Notes: generated by a model from the sequence alone, not told the origin. A stretch of 64,000 nucleotides of DNA from Eledone cirrhosa (GCA_964016885.1 OZ024743.1:167028001-167092000), one strand, 5' to 3'; positions 38,301 through 59,049 are shown, numbered from the stretch's first letter. A program made the numbers and translations.

Positions 38301-38755
38301 GTTGTTGTGGGTACAGTGTTTTCAGACCAGCTGGTATCTCTTTTCCATGTTTCGCCAGCCTTAACAAACTTCCATATCAGCCCATCATCTCGTAGGCTGA
38401 AGCTTTCATGTTCTGTCGAGCTGCGGTTTAAGGAAGCTGCAGCACGCAACTTTGGGCAGACATCAGGTGGAAGACCAGGGCGTGTTCGGAAAGCAATCCG
38501 ACTTTCACGCCTAGCTTTATCAGAGGCTACAAGGTATGAACGTGCCTCAGTTGAGTTTGAAAACGACAGTCTAATTAGCCTGGGTTTCGGGCCTGGTCGG
38601 CCAAGGCGTAGAGCACCCTTTGCGGGAGCACACCCCAAGTCTTTGGATGAACTGGCAGCAAATGCCTGAAGATCAACTATGTCATCTGGTACACCAATGG
38701 CAATCACTTCGTGGTTTGCAGATTCAGTGGCATGCTTAGTGCGTCTAGGTTCAAC
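35360..38755 (-). mobile_element. Near full-length CR1-clade LINE with frameshifts
   Basis: ORF1-like RLGRPGPKPRLIRLSF (38264-38707); APE RKDR..RGGG, VYRPP, GDFN, SDH; RT NYRPVSLTS, DFAKAF, PQGSVLGP, YADD; C-terminal TRGH..FF. Confidence 0.92.
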
Positions 38756-39004
38756 ATATACATACTATAAAGTATGTCCATAGAATCATTTGATAATATA
38801 TATGCATCATTTCCTCTCCCAATTAGCATAATTAACCACACAAAAAAATCAATTACACCAGTCTATGAGATTAAAAGGCACCTATGAAGAAACAGTAAAT
38901 AAATAAACGATGGCAGCCTCTTCGCGGCCGACTGCCATAGAATATTTACCCAACATTTCAACAGCACGTGGAAATTAATTAAATATGCTGTCAACCATAC
39001 ACAA

Positions 39005-40055
39005 TCTATATATATAAAACTGTGGTTGTCTGTCTGTCTATCGATTTTTGGCACACATCTCCTCTTAGAATCTCTCACGGAATTGCACCGAAATTGCTAT
39101 ACTTGTACATTGAGCCCTAGCGAAGACATCGGAAAAAAAAAAATTTCAAATTGACCCACCCTATGTGACGAAATCTATATATATAAAACTGTGGTTGTCT
39201 GTCTGTCTATCGATTTTTGGCACACATCTCCTCTTAGAATCTCTCACGGAATTGCACCGAAATTGCTATACTTGTACATTGAGCCCTAGCGAAGACATCG
39301 GAAAAAAAAAAATTTCAAATTGACCCACCCTATGTGACGAAATCGAATATAATGTATCGATTTTTGAGCGTAAGTTATCAGTTATTTCCCTTTGTTCTGT
39401 TTACATTGAGCGTCTTACGTAAAAAATTACGCTGGCTTTCTCAGCGTTTAAAATGACATTAACACAATACACGAACAAAATTCATCAGTTCGAACACTAA
39501 GCTTCCGTTTTGCTTCATTTCCATTTAAAAGCATTTTAAAACAATATTTTTACTTGAAAACAAGTCTATTTAAAGACTACGTAAAAAAAACAAATATTTC
39601 GTCGTTAGGCGTGCAGTCAGACAGTCGTGCAGACAGACAGTCGTGCAGAGAGGTGATATAGGCGTGCAGACAGACAGTCGTGCAGAGAGGTGATATAGGC
39701 GTGCAGACAGACAGTCGTGCAGAGAGGTGATATAGGCGTGCAGACAGACATAACTGATAATTTGGTTACGCTAATGTTTTTCTCTGCGTTGCAGTGTTTA
39801 CATTTTCGATCTTTGTTAATAAATAACCAGTGCAGTTTCTATCCCCAGCATCCTCTTTTGTTATAACATTCGGGTTATCGTTATGTTTTCTTAACTTCAT
39901 AAGGCATATTGTTGGTTGAGGGAATATTAATCAAAAACACCACATGCAAGTCTGCACAGTAGACACTACAGTTTTTAAGCCAAGAAAGAAACTTAACATT
40001 GTAACTTTAACACAGCTACTGAGCGACCCCGAGCAACGCCGGGCTTTACTGCTAG
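39005..40055 (+). mobile_element. Non-autonomous Helitron with a duplicated 5' end
   Basis: 5' TCTATATATATAAAA, 3' hairpin CCCGAGCAACGCCGGG then CTAG, A|T target. 169-bp 5' tandem duplication; internal 37-bp tandem repeat at 39607-39750. Confidence 0.9.
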
Positions 40056-40103
40056 TTAGGTATAAAATTAAAGTTAGAAATGCTTATATACATACCAGGA
40101 TTA

Positions 40104-40184
40104 TGTCCCTGCCCTTGGGTTTCGTTCTCATTTTGAGATATCCTATTAAGGATAAATCTCAAGGTTCGAACTCGTCAGGGGACA
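40104..40184 (-). ncRNA. Type I hammerhead motif with U16.1->C change
   Basis: Minus strand: TGTCCC-CTGACGA-GTTC..long stem II..GAAC-GAAA-CCCaaGGG-CA-GGGACA. Confidence 0.8.
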
Positions 40185-40263
40185 AACTCGCTAGGACAGA
40201 TTATTTTCTGAAGTGGCCCCCGCCAAACACGAATTCAAAATGGCTAAGAACTGTGACTGTATA

Positions 40264-40295
<32 letters not shown>

Positions 40296-40300
40296 CATAC

Positions 40301-40372
<72 letters not shown>

Positions 40373-40505
40373 TGTTATACTTTGGGAAGTGAAAGCAACT
40401 GGTGCGTGTGTTTCTTATTGGCAACATGACCCTCCCAAAGTATAACAATATCAGTTTCAACACACGATTTCAGATAAAGAATCTTGCTAAACAAATTCAG
40501 AAACG

Positions 40506-40591
<86 letters not shown>

Positions 40592-40602
40592 GTATATATA
40601 TG

Positions 40603-40708
<106 letters not shown>

Positions 40709-41269
40709 TTAAAACCTATCTTCTCATATACAAATATTTAAAATATATTTGTTACTTCAAACTCTTAACAATATTTCAATATATGTTACTATTTCAAACT
40801 CTTATTCCCGCTCCTTAATATCTCCTTTCCCATCCACCACACTCTACAACATGCGGTCAAATCGCCACCACCACCACCACCCACCCCCCTCTCTCTCTCT
40901 CTCTACCCAACCCAGATACATATATAAGACAAAGTAATTCACTTTCGCCAAACTTGTGGCTGTAACTTCATCCATTCATGGTTAAAATGTAATGTACTCA
41001 TTTTTCCACCTCTTCTAACATACGCCTAACTCCGTAGTCAGCCCTTCAAACAGCATTTTTTTCTATCCTCTTTCCATTCCCCATGTATTTTCCAAAACAA
41101 ATCTCTTGTATTTCTGTCTTGATTGTAAAGATACAGAGTTTTTGTCGTATATTTACTAAACAAATCTTGTATTTTTGTTCGTTAATACGGGGTACTCACT
41201 TAAAACCTATCTTCTCGCTCACAACTCAACACCCTCCCTCCCGCCCCCACACACCACCATTATTATTAC

Positions 41270-45241
<3,972 letters not shown>

Positions 45242-45309
45242 CATATTGGTATATATATATATACATATTGGTTGGTGCAAGCAACGGCTAAAAAAAGTCG
45301 TTGGGACAC

Positions 45310-45408
<99 letters not shown>

Positions 45409-45413
45409 GTATA

Positions 45414-45456
<43 letters not shown>

Positions 45457-45469
45457 GTATATATATATG

Positions 45470-45529
<60 letters not shown>

Positions 45530-45535
45530 TGTATA

Positions 45536-46382
<847 letters not shown>

Positions 46383-46450
46383 ATATATATACATATGTAT
46401 ATATATGTATATATATATATATATATATACATATATATATACATATATAC

Positions 46451-46501
<51 letters not shown>

Positions 46502-46659
46502 CATATATATATACGTATATATATATATACATATATATATACGTATATATATATATACAATATATATATACGTATATATATATATACATATATATATACG
46601 TATATATATATATATACATATATATATACGTATATATATATATATACATATATATATAC

Positions 46660-46772
<113 letters not shown>

Positions 46773-46777
46773 CATAC

Positions 46778-48262
<1,485 letters not shown>

Positions 48263-48291
48263 GTGTCATATATATATATATATATATATAC

Positions 48292-48325
<34 letters not shown>

Positions 48326-48334
48326 GATATATAC

Positions 48335-48603
48335 GATCAAAAGATGGTTAAGAGTTCCATGTATTTTATTATGCGCATTTCAAAGACAAACATCATCATG
48401 CGATAACATTTGCGTTTTCGTCAGATAAAATAGGGAGACATGATATGTTGATTTAAAACTGCACTATTCACAAGTGTGTTTTAACCTTCATATCATGTCT
48501 CCCTATTTTATCTGACGAAAACGCAAATGTTATTGCATGATGATATTTGTTTTTGAAATGCGCATAATAAAATACATGGATCTCTTTAACCATCTTTTTG
48601 ATC
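48335..48603. repeat. Fold-back inverted repeat (~113-bp arms, 41-bp spacer) with a complete hammerhead in each arm
   Basis: 48335-48447 versus 48489-48603 with a few mismatches; flanked by (TA)n. Confidence 0.9.
48504..48574 (+). ncRNA. Type I hammerhead ribozyme (mirror copy at 48362-48432, minus strand)
   Basis: TATTTTAT-CTGACGA-AAACGCAAATG..ATTTGTTTTT-GAAA-TGCGCA-TA-ATAAAATA. Palindromic stem III; AUA site. Confidence 0.85.
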
Positions 48604-48698
48604 TTATATATTATTATTTATACTCCAGTCCTACAAACTGTAGAGTGCTACTTATCCGATATCTACATTGCTTTATTGTACTACAATAAAACTCACCT

Positions 48699-48743
<45 letters not shown>

Positions 48744-48745
<2 letters not shown>

Positions 48746-49401
48746 CTAAGAACATAGATTTTACATGTGGCGGTGTTCTGGTGCAATAAGTAGCAGCAAA
48801 TGCCCACAAAATACTAGCTCTTTCAATTGCGCAGAGGGTTCTATAGAAATAGTGGACAGCTTCCGTTACATGGGCGATAAAATCAGCAGTGGGGGAGGGT
48901 GCTCTGAAAGTACTGTAGCTAGAGTCAGAACTGGTTGGAAAGAGTTCAGAGAGCTTATACCAATATTAGCTGCTAAAGGGTTCTCCCTAAAAATGAAAGG
49001 CAGGTTGTACGATGCCTGCATACGAACAGCAATGCTGCATGGCAGTGAGACCTGGGCTTTGTGTGCAGAGGATATACGCAGACTAGAGAGGAACGAAGCT
49101 TGCATGCTCCGCTGGATGTGTAACAGTAATATACGTGAACGGCAAAGCATAAATGAACTAAGGAAAAAATTAGAGATAAGAGGGATCAGATGTTGTTTAC
49201 TCGAGAGAAGGCTACGTTGGTATGGACACATGATGCGCATGAAAGTCGATAGCTGTATAACAAAGTGCAGGGCAATAAAGATAGACGGTAGTCACGGAAT
49301 AGGCAGACCTAGAAAAACCTGGGACGAGCTGATAAACTCCGACATCACACACTTACACCTCTCCAAGACAATGTCACTGGACCGAGACCTTTGGCGGTAC
49401 T
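48744..49401 (+). mobile_element. 5'-truncated RTE family B copy running into the gap
   Basis: TKNIDFTC..RDLWRY. Confidence 0.92.
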
Positions 49402-49601
49402 NNNNNNNNNNNNNNNNNNNNNNNNNNNNNNNNNNNNNNNNNNNNNNNNNNNNNNNNNNNNNNNNNNNNNNNNNNNNNNNNNNNNNNNNNNNNNNNNNNN
49501 NNNNNNNNNNNNNNNNNNNNNNNNNNNNNNNNNNNNNNNNNNNNNNNNNNNNNNNNNNNNNNNNNNNNNNNNNNNNNNNNNNNNNNNNNNNNNNNNNNNN
49601 N
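49402..49601. other. Assembly gap (200 N)
   Basis: Run of N. Confidence 1.
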
Positions 49602-50187
49602 ACAAGAGACAAAAGACCATCAAACCTGGTTGAAATGTGAGCAAGGAAAGAATTTCGCCCAAGTTTGACGGGGGGGGGGGGGGGGAAGAGAGAGAGAGAA
49701 AAAGGAGAGAAGAGGAAGAAGAAGAAGATAAAGGGTCTGTTCTACGAATTCAGTAAACGCAAGTTTTGTGAAGTCGCAGACGAAAGAGGGAGAGAAAAAA
49801 ATTCATTACCAGCTTGGTCAAGACCGCGCGAGAAAAGAATTACACACAGGTCAAACTTGAAGGAGGAGGAGGAAAGAGGAGGAGGAGAGGTAGTGACAGA
49901 GAATGAGTGAGTGAAAGTTGAGGAGAGGGTAACAGAGAGAGAGAGACTGCTAGAAAGGGTAAAGATACAAACGAAACACGAATGGCAGCATGGAAAAAAT
50001 ATATGTGTAAATATGATAATAATGGAGCTGCGGCGTTGCAAATGGGATACATATGAAAAAGTGAGTCCTTCATCAGTGACCCTCCAACCGTCCTCGGCAT
50101 TTCATCGCTTTAAGCGCCATATGCCTCGGGTTGGTGCGAACAACGGCTAAAAAAAGTCGTTGGGACACGTAAAAGGGGACGCCAGAG
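49602..50187 (-). repeat. Diverged copy of the 630-bp element
   Basis: Reverse complement aligns by eye to 45633-46145. Confidence 0.8.
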
Positions 50188-50238
50188 ATATATATATATA
50201 TATATATATATTTGTATATATATATATATATATATATT

Positions 50239-50275
<37 letters not shown>

Positions 50276-50529
50276 ATATATATATTTGTATATATATATA
50301 TATTGTATATATATTTGTATATATATTATATATATACAAATATATATATTATATATATATACAATATATATATATATATATACAAATATATATATATATA
50401 TACAAATATATATATATAATATATATATATTTGTATATATATATATATATATTTGTATATATATATATATATATATGTGTATATATATATATATATATTT
50501 GTATATATATATATATATATATATATTTG

Positions 50530-50560
<31 letters not shown>

Positions 50561-50571
50561 ATATATATATA

Positions 50572-50688
<117 letters not shown>

Positions 50689-51072
50689 ATATATATATAT
50701 ATATATATTTGTATATATATATATATATATTTGTATATATATATATATATATTTGTATATATATATATATATATATTTGTATATATATATATATATATTT
50801 GTATATATATATATATATATATATTTGTATATATATATATATATATATTTGTATATATATATATATATATATTTGTATATATATATATATTTGTATATAT
50901 ATATATATATATTTGTATATATATATATATATATTTGTATATATATATATATATATTGTGTATATATATATATATATATTTGTATATATATATATATATA
51001 TATATTTGTATATATATATATATATTTGTATATATATATTTGTATATATATATATATTTGTATATATATATT

Positions 51073-51119
<47 letters not shown>

Positions 51120-51188
51120 ATATATATATATATATATATTTGTATATATATATATATATATATTTGTATATATATATATATATATATT

Positions 51189-51231
<43 letters not shown>

Positions 51232-51296
51232 ATATATATATATATATATATATATTTGTATATATATATATATATATATATATTTGTATATATATT

Positions 51297-51376
<80 letters not shown>

Positions 51377-53761
51377 CTAGCAGAAGTACCCGGCGTTGCC
51401 CGGGTGTAAGTCGACCTTTGGTCTGTTAGAATGTGTGAAAGTTACTTCCCGCGCATCACAGGTTCAAAACTTCGAACTTCAATGAAAAAAAATAGGTTGG
51501 TAGACGCAGGTGTGTAATTTATTAATTGTAGTTACACAGTGTATCGTTGAAATTGTTCTCTGCACGACTGACGGAAGTCAAAATCGCTTGATATTGAATG
51601 TTCAGTTAATTTAAAGCAGGGTGAAAATGTTGATTACTTTCAGGGTTCTTTTTCTTTTTACAATTTTTGCTCACACATGTACAGAAGAAGAATTAAAAGG
51701 GCCTTTATCTTAACCGCGGCATAATGGCGAGTCTTTTGTGACAGTTTTCAAGAATATAGGACGTTTCTGTAAAAAGTTTTCCCATGTATAACCTTGCCTT
51801 GTTTTTTGCGCAAAGTCGAGTCCCGCTTCAGTTTTATTGATTTTTTACATCAATGCGTGATCTCTGAAGTAGATTTGAGTAGCTCAAAACCTGTCCCGGT
51901 AAATTTGCTATAGGTGAAAAAAAGTTGATCAAAATTGTATCTAGGGTTATTGCCCTTTGCCACAGCCTCAAGCCTCGTCTGACGGGATGTTGGTGATTCC
52001 TCCGTCAGCGCTTGTTGGCGACGAAGGCGAACATCAGCAAGCCTTGTCGTACGTGATGTTGGTGACTCAACCAGCCGGGAAAGACGTATATCAGCGAGTC
52101 GAGATTCGCGCTCAGCAGGTGTTTCCTAGAGAAAATTAATTAATTCTACTGGTTAGCTAAGCCAATGGCAGTGTCAATAGTAAATGAGAAAAGTCTAACA
52201 TGAACAAAAGGGAATCAAGGTAAGACAATAAATTTAATATAACTACGATTAGAATGTTGTAGTTGTCTCAAAGCAGTAGCTGTACCTTTTTTGGAGGTAA
52301 GTCTTGAACGTTTCCGTGTGGGCATAACAACGTGTAACGAAGCTGTTAGGTTAGAGAGAGGTGATTAAATACAGAGAGAGATGACACCAGATTCATTAGC
52401 ATGGTTACTGGTGAATGGGAAGGTTTGGAAATATGATTACAATAACTTGCCGAATTTTCCGGTCTATAAATTGCACTTAAAATAATTAAATTTAATCAAA
52501 AAACAGCTCTACGCTTTATACTCCGGTGAGCCTTATGTTTAAATAATACAATGGTAATCAATCACGGCTCTAACAGAAGTAATAGATCTAGACTAAAAGT
52601 AAAGAAGATAGCATTTTCCTGGTTGGCCTTACACGCCGTTGCGCGGACCTGATTTTAAATGATACGCCTTATATCCTGGTGAGCCTTATAGAGCGGAAAA
52701 TATCTATTGGAAAAGAATACGAATTCATGACCAAGGTGTGACAAAATAGGCGTCTATACAGCGCCTGAAACAAACTTGTCCAAAACCCTAGGATTTTTCT
52801 CGTTAAGTATCCACCCAAAAGGAACCGTTTTTTAATTACAAAAAATAACCAAAGTGTATAGTAGCTATATTTCTGACATATGCCAAAAAGAACAATATAT
52901 TAAAAAAATGTTCTAAAGTACATTCAATCTCTCTTTTTGATCGATATCTTAAGCAAGTTATCGATTTTTTATTGGCTGTCAGTGTCTATCTGCATGCAGG
53001 TGTGCACGTGTGCGCAATTAATTGCAAATACGCTCATAACATTTAGTCGTAAGCAGAACAAAAAATGCCATTAGAGGTGGGCTAATAATGAAGACACAAA
53101 CCCTGGTGAACTTACGTTTAAACACCCGAAAAGTTACTCACTTCCTGTGCAAAAGACTGTATTATAAATTAAGTAATTTTTTAGAATCTTTTGTTTAAAA
53201 AAGGAAAACATTGGTACGACGTAACATTTTTTACAACTTTGTATGTGTACAATACAACTTGGTCAACGTATTATTTAGTAATTTTTTTTTCAAAAAGCAT
53301 GATTATTTAAGACTGTTTGAAAATTTACTCACAGCTTTTAGCATCACAAAAGACACCATTAAATTTGGTTCCCTTTTCAGATAGGGATAATACTGTATTT
53401 CCACTTGAATAAGAAAAGATAAACTCTTTAATGGTCGGTCGTTTACTGAGACAGCTGGGAAGACATGCAGCTGGCCGTCCAGTCAATAACGCACGTCCTT
53501 ATATGGGCATATGAAATTTATTTGTATGCGCCAGATGTAAACTAAGAGTTCTTGTGTTCGAATTCACATAAAATTTCATTGGACTCGAAAAATATTCTGT
53601 CATAGGGCCCGATTATCGATTTTTCGAAAATTTCAAGTAGCCTATTCCACACTTCGCGTTGAGTTTTATATATGTGTGAGGTTTCATGAAAATTGGATGA
53701 ACGGTGTAGCATGCAAGTTCGAAACACCAAACAATGTCCATCTTCCCTTTATATATATAGA
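51377..53761 (-). mobile_element. Non-autonomous Helitron with possible RepHel remnants
   Basis: Minus strand 5' TCTATATATATAAAGGG; 3' CCCGGGCAACGCCGGGTACTTCTG-CTAG; A|T target. Weak coding remnants RRQQALTEES..RLEA and SGTRLC..IMPRL. Confidence 0.88.
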
Positions 53762-53915
53762 TATTTGTATATATATATATATTTATATATATATATATAT
53801 ATTTGTATATATATATATTTGTATATATATATATTTATATATATATGTATATATATATTTATATTTGTATATATATATATATTTATATACATATATATGT
53901 ATATATATATATGTA

Positions 53916-53955
<40 letters not shown>

Positions 53956-54045
53956 CATATATATGTATATATATATATATATATATATTTATATACATAT
54001 ATATGTATATATATATATATGTATATATTTATATACATATATATG

Positions 54046-54079
<34 letters not shown>

Positions 54080-54677
54080 TATTTGTATATATATATATAT
54101 ATATTTGTATATATATTTGTATATATATATATATATATTTGTATATATATTTGTATATATATATATATATATTTGTATATATATTTGTATATATATATAT
54201 ATATTTGTATATATATATATTTATATATATATATATATATTTGTATATATATATATATATTTGTATATATATATATATATTTGTATATATATATATATAT
54301 TTGTATATATATATATATATTTGTATATATATATATATATTTGTATATATATATATATATTTGTATATATATATATATTTGTATATATATATATATTTGT
54401 ATATATATATATATATTTGTATATATATATATATATATATATTTGTATATATATATATATATATTTGTATATATATATATATATTTGTATATATATATAT
54501 ATATTTGTATATATATATATATATTTGTATATATATATATATATATTTGTATATATATATATATTTGTATATATATATATATATATTTGTATATATATAT
54601 ATATTTGTATATATATATATATATATTTGTATATATATATATATATTTGTATATATATTTATATATATATATATTTG

Positions 54678-54714
<37 letters not shown>

Positions 54715-55141
54715 ATATATTTGTATATATATATATATATATATATTTGTATATATATTTGTATATATATATATTTGTGTATATATATATATTTGTGTAT
54801 ATATATATATTTGTATATATATATATATTTGTATATATATATATATTTGTATATATATATATTTGTATATATATATATATATATATATTTGTATATATAT
54901 ATATTTGTATATATATATATATATATATTTGTATATATATATATTTGTATATATATATATATTTGTATATATATATATATATTTGTATATATATATATAT
55001 ATATATTTGTATATATATATATTTGTATATATATATATATTTGTATATATATATATATTTGTATATATATATATATATATATTTGTATATATATATATTT
55101 GTATATATATATATATTTGTATATATATATATATATTTGTA

Positions 55142-56223
55142 TCATCATCATCATCATCATCAACGTTTAACGTCCGTGTTCCACGCTTGCATGGGTTTGG
55201 ACGGGGGTAGTCCCACTTGAGGCAAGAGTGATTGTCTTGCTCGCATAGGACTGTCTGGCAGGTTTTCTACAGTTGGATGCCCTTCCTAACACCAACCACA
55301 TTTACAGTGTGGGTCTGGGAGGTTTTTACCGTGTTGCCTACACGGCCACATTACAGCGTGGACTGTGTGTTTTTTTGTCGTGACACCTACACGATCTCAT
55401 TTGTTTCGGCCTCGATGGCGCGGCACCAACATAACTTTACATAGAACGGGGTGGTGTGGATCGGGTGGGGGTGGTGGTGGTGGGACGGGGTGTATTTTGT
55501 TAGAGATGCCTACTGGCTGGAGTAGGTTTTACTATATATTTAGGTAAGGCGGGTCTTCTCTGTTACTGAGTACCGCCAAAGGTCTCGGTCCAGTGACATT
55601 GTCTTGGAGAGGTGTAAGTGTGTGATGTCGGAGTTTATCAGCTCGTCCCAGGTTTTTCTAGGTCTGCCTATTCCGTGACTACCGTCTATCTTTATTGCCC
55701 TGCACTTTGTTATACAGCTATCGACTTTCATGCGCATCACGTGTCCATACCAACGTAGCCTTCTCTCGAGTAAACAACATCTGATCCCTCTTATCTCTAA
55801 TTTTTTCCTTAGTTCGTTTATGCTTTGCCGTTCACGTATATTACTGTTACACATCCAGCGGAGCATGCAAGCTTCGTTCCTCTCTAGTCTGCGTATATCC
55901 TCTGCACACAATGCCCAGGTCTCACTGCCATGCAGCATTGCTGTTCGTATGCAGGCATCGTACAACCTGCCTTTCATTTTTAGTGAGAACCCTTTAGCAG
56001 CTAATAGTGGTATAAGCTCTCTGAACTTTTTCCAACCAGTTCTGACTCTAGCTACAGTACTTTCAGAGCACCCTCCCCCACTGCTGATTTTATCGCCCAG
56101 GTAACGGAAGCTGTCCACTATTTCTATAGAACCCTCTGCGCAATTGAAAGAGCTAGTAGTTTGTGGGCACTTGCTGCTACTTATTGCACCAGAGCACCGG
56201 CCACATGTAAAATCTATGTTCTT
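55142..56223 (-). mobile_element. 5'-truncated RTE family B copy
   Basis: ORF 55540-56118, 3' UTR and (CAT)n. Confidence 0.93.
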
Positions 56224-56466
56224 GTATATATATATATATTTGTATATATATATATATTTGTATATATATATATATATTTGTATATATATATATATATTTG
56301 TATATATATATATATATTTGTATATATATATATATGTTTGTATATATATATATATATATTTGTATATATATATATATTTGTATATATATATATATATATA
56401 TTTGTATATATATATATATATTTGTATATATATATATATATATTTGTATATATATATATATTTGTA

Positions 56467-58532
56467 TCATCATCATCATCATCATCATCAACGTTTAACG
56501 TCCGTGTTCCACGCTTGCATGGGTTTGGACGGGGGTAGTCCCACTTGAGGCAAGAGTGATTGTCTTGCTCGCATAGGACTGTCTGGCAGGTTTTCTACAG
56601 TTGGATGCCCTTCCTAACACCAACCACATTTACAGTGTGGGTCTGGGAGGTTTTTACCGTGTTGCCTACACGGCCACATTACAGCGTGGACTGTGTGTTT
56701 TTTTGTCGTGACACCTACACGATCTCATTTGTTTCGGCCTGGATGGCGCGGCACCAACATAACTTTACATAGAACGGGGTGGTGTGGATGGGGTGGGGGT
56801 GGCGGCGGGAGGGGTGTATTTTGTTAGAGATGCCTACTGGCAAGGCGGGTCTTCTCTGTTACTGAGTACCGCCAAAGGTCACGGTCCAGTGACATTGTCT
56901 TGGAGAGGTGTAAGTGTGTGAGGTCGGAGTTTATCAGCTCATCCCATGTTTTTCTAGGTCTGCCTATTCCGTGGCTACCGTCTATCTTTATTGCCCTGCA
57001 CTTTGTAATACAGCTATCGACTTTCATGCGCATCACGTGTCCATACCAACGCAGCCTTCTCTCGAGTAAACAACATCTGATCCCTCTTATCTCTAATTTT
57101 TTCCTTAGTTCGTTTATGCTTTGCCGTTCACGTATATTACTGTTACACATCCAGCGGAGCATGCAAGCTTCGTTCCTCTCTAGTCTGCGTATATCCTCTG
57201 CACACAATGCCCAGGTCTCACTACCATGCAACATTGCTGTTCGTATGCAGGCATCGTACAACCTGCCTTTCATTTTTAGGGAGAACCCTTTAGCAGCTAA
57301 TAGTGGTATAAGCTCTCTGAACTTTTTCCAACCAGTTCTGACTCTAGCTACAGTACTTTCAGAGCACCCTCCCCCACTGCTGATTTTATCGCCCAGGTAA
57401 CGGAAGCTGTCCACTATTTCTATAAAACCCTCTGCGCAATTGAAAGAGCTAGTATTTTGTGGGCACTTGCTGCTACTTATTGCACCAGAACACCGGCCAC
57501 ATGTAAAGTCTATGTTCTTAGTTAGCTTACCTGTGATCCCACTACATCTTTTATGCACCCATACTTTGCATTTAGGACATAAGATGGAGTTTCTACCTAC
57601 GCCTTTCCTACATACCGAGCACGACCATTTCCCAGAAGGGACCGCCGCCTTGTTTTCTTTCCTACAAACTAGAACTTTGGTCTTAGCCAGGTTAATTTTA
57701 AGTCCTTTTGACTCTAGGCCGTGCTTCCATGTTTGGAATTTCTTCTCTAGCTCGGCCATTGATTCCGCTATGAGTGTCAGGTCGTCTGCGTATAGGAGTT
57801 CCCATGGGCAGCCTGTCTTGAACTCCTCTGTTATAGCCTGAAGGGCAATAATAAATAGTAGGGGGCTGAGAACAGAGCCCTGATGGACGCCAACTTTTAC
57901 GCTAAACTCTTCACTATATTCGTTGTTAATTCTAACCTTGCTGACTGTTTCTTTATACATGGCTTGTATAGCCCTCACAAGCCATTCGTCAACGCCTAGT
58001 TTTCTAAGAGCCCACCAGATAATGGAGCGGGGGACTCTGTCGAAGGCTTTCTCCAGGTCGACAAAAGCTAAGTAGAGGGGTTTACCTTTAGCTAGGTACT
58101 TCTCCTGTAGTTGTCGTACTATGAAAAGAGCGTCTGTGGTGCTTTTGCCTGACACAAACCCGAACTGCATTTCATCTAGATCAATTCTCTCTCTGATTAG
58201 TTGCGCTATTACTTTTTCCGTGACCTTCATGACCTGGTCGATTAATTTAATGCCTCTATAGTTACTCCTATCTAGGGCGTCTCCTTTACCCTTATAACAG
58301 TTAACGATGATGCTGCTATGCCAGTCCTTCGGAACAACCCCATTCTGTACGACTTGGTTAACTATGCGGGTGACCATGGTGTGTCCCACCGTGCCAGATG
58401 CCTTCAGCATCTCAGCAACTATTTCCGAAGGCCCAGCCGCCTTACCAGTCTTCATATCCTTGATTGCCTTACTTATTATACTCCCCTCGACTAACACTGC
58501 TGGTCCCTCTATCGGGTCGATATGGGGGAGAC
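56467..58532 (-). mobile_element. 5'-truncated RTE family B copy with the RT frame still open (56824-58497, 557 aa)
   Basis: DLEKAFD, HQGSVLSP, YADD and C4HC3 finger; APE absent. Confidence 0.94.
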
Positions 58533-59049
58533 TTGTATATATATATATATATATATATTTGTGTATATATATATATATATATATTTGTATATATATATAT
58601 ATATATATTTGTATATATATATATATATATATTTGTGTATATATATATATATATATTTGTATATATATTTATATATATATATGCCATAGTATTCTCAGGA
58701 CTCAACTTGCTCAAAAGGAGGTCAGAAATCTTCTCGTCCTTTCTTTTTCTTCAGACCGGACACCTAGCCTTAACCCCACCCTGTCCCGCACATGGCTGCC
58801 CCGCTGGCGAATAGGGTGCTCTTGAGTAACCCCGGCCGCATTGATGCCTCGGCTCCCCGATTGCCGCCGATGGGGACTCTGGTGGGGACATAATGGGCTT
58901 GGAGAGTTGACTCCCTTGATGTCTGACCACTCGATAAGTTGGGGGTTGTGCCCCTTGAGCAGGGGTGTGTCTAACTGGTCTACCTGCTGTCTGCTACTAC
59001 CCGAGACTGGACATGGTCGTAGCCACAGGCCAGCGCGTGCGCGATAGCA

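Noticed and set aside
39607-39750. 37-bp repeats as a CRISPR array
   Set aside because: They are direct tandem repeats with no unique spacers, inside a eukaryotic Helitron.
40925-40975. Minus-strand GCCA..TGGC-GAAA-GTGAATTAC hammerhead-like half
   Set aside because: No CUGANGA precedes stem II, and there is no fold-back to explain its loss.
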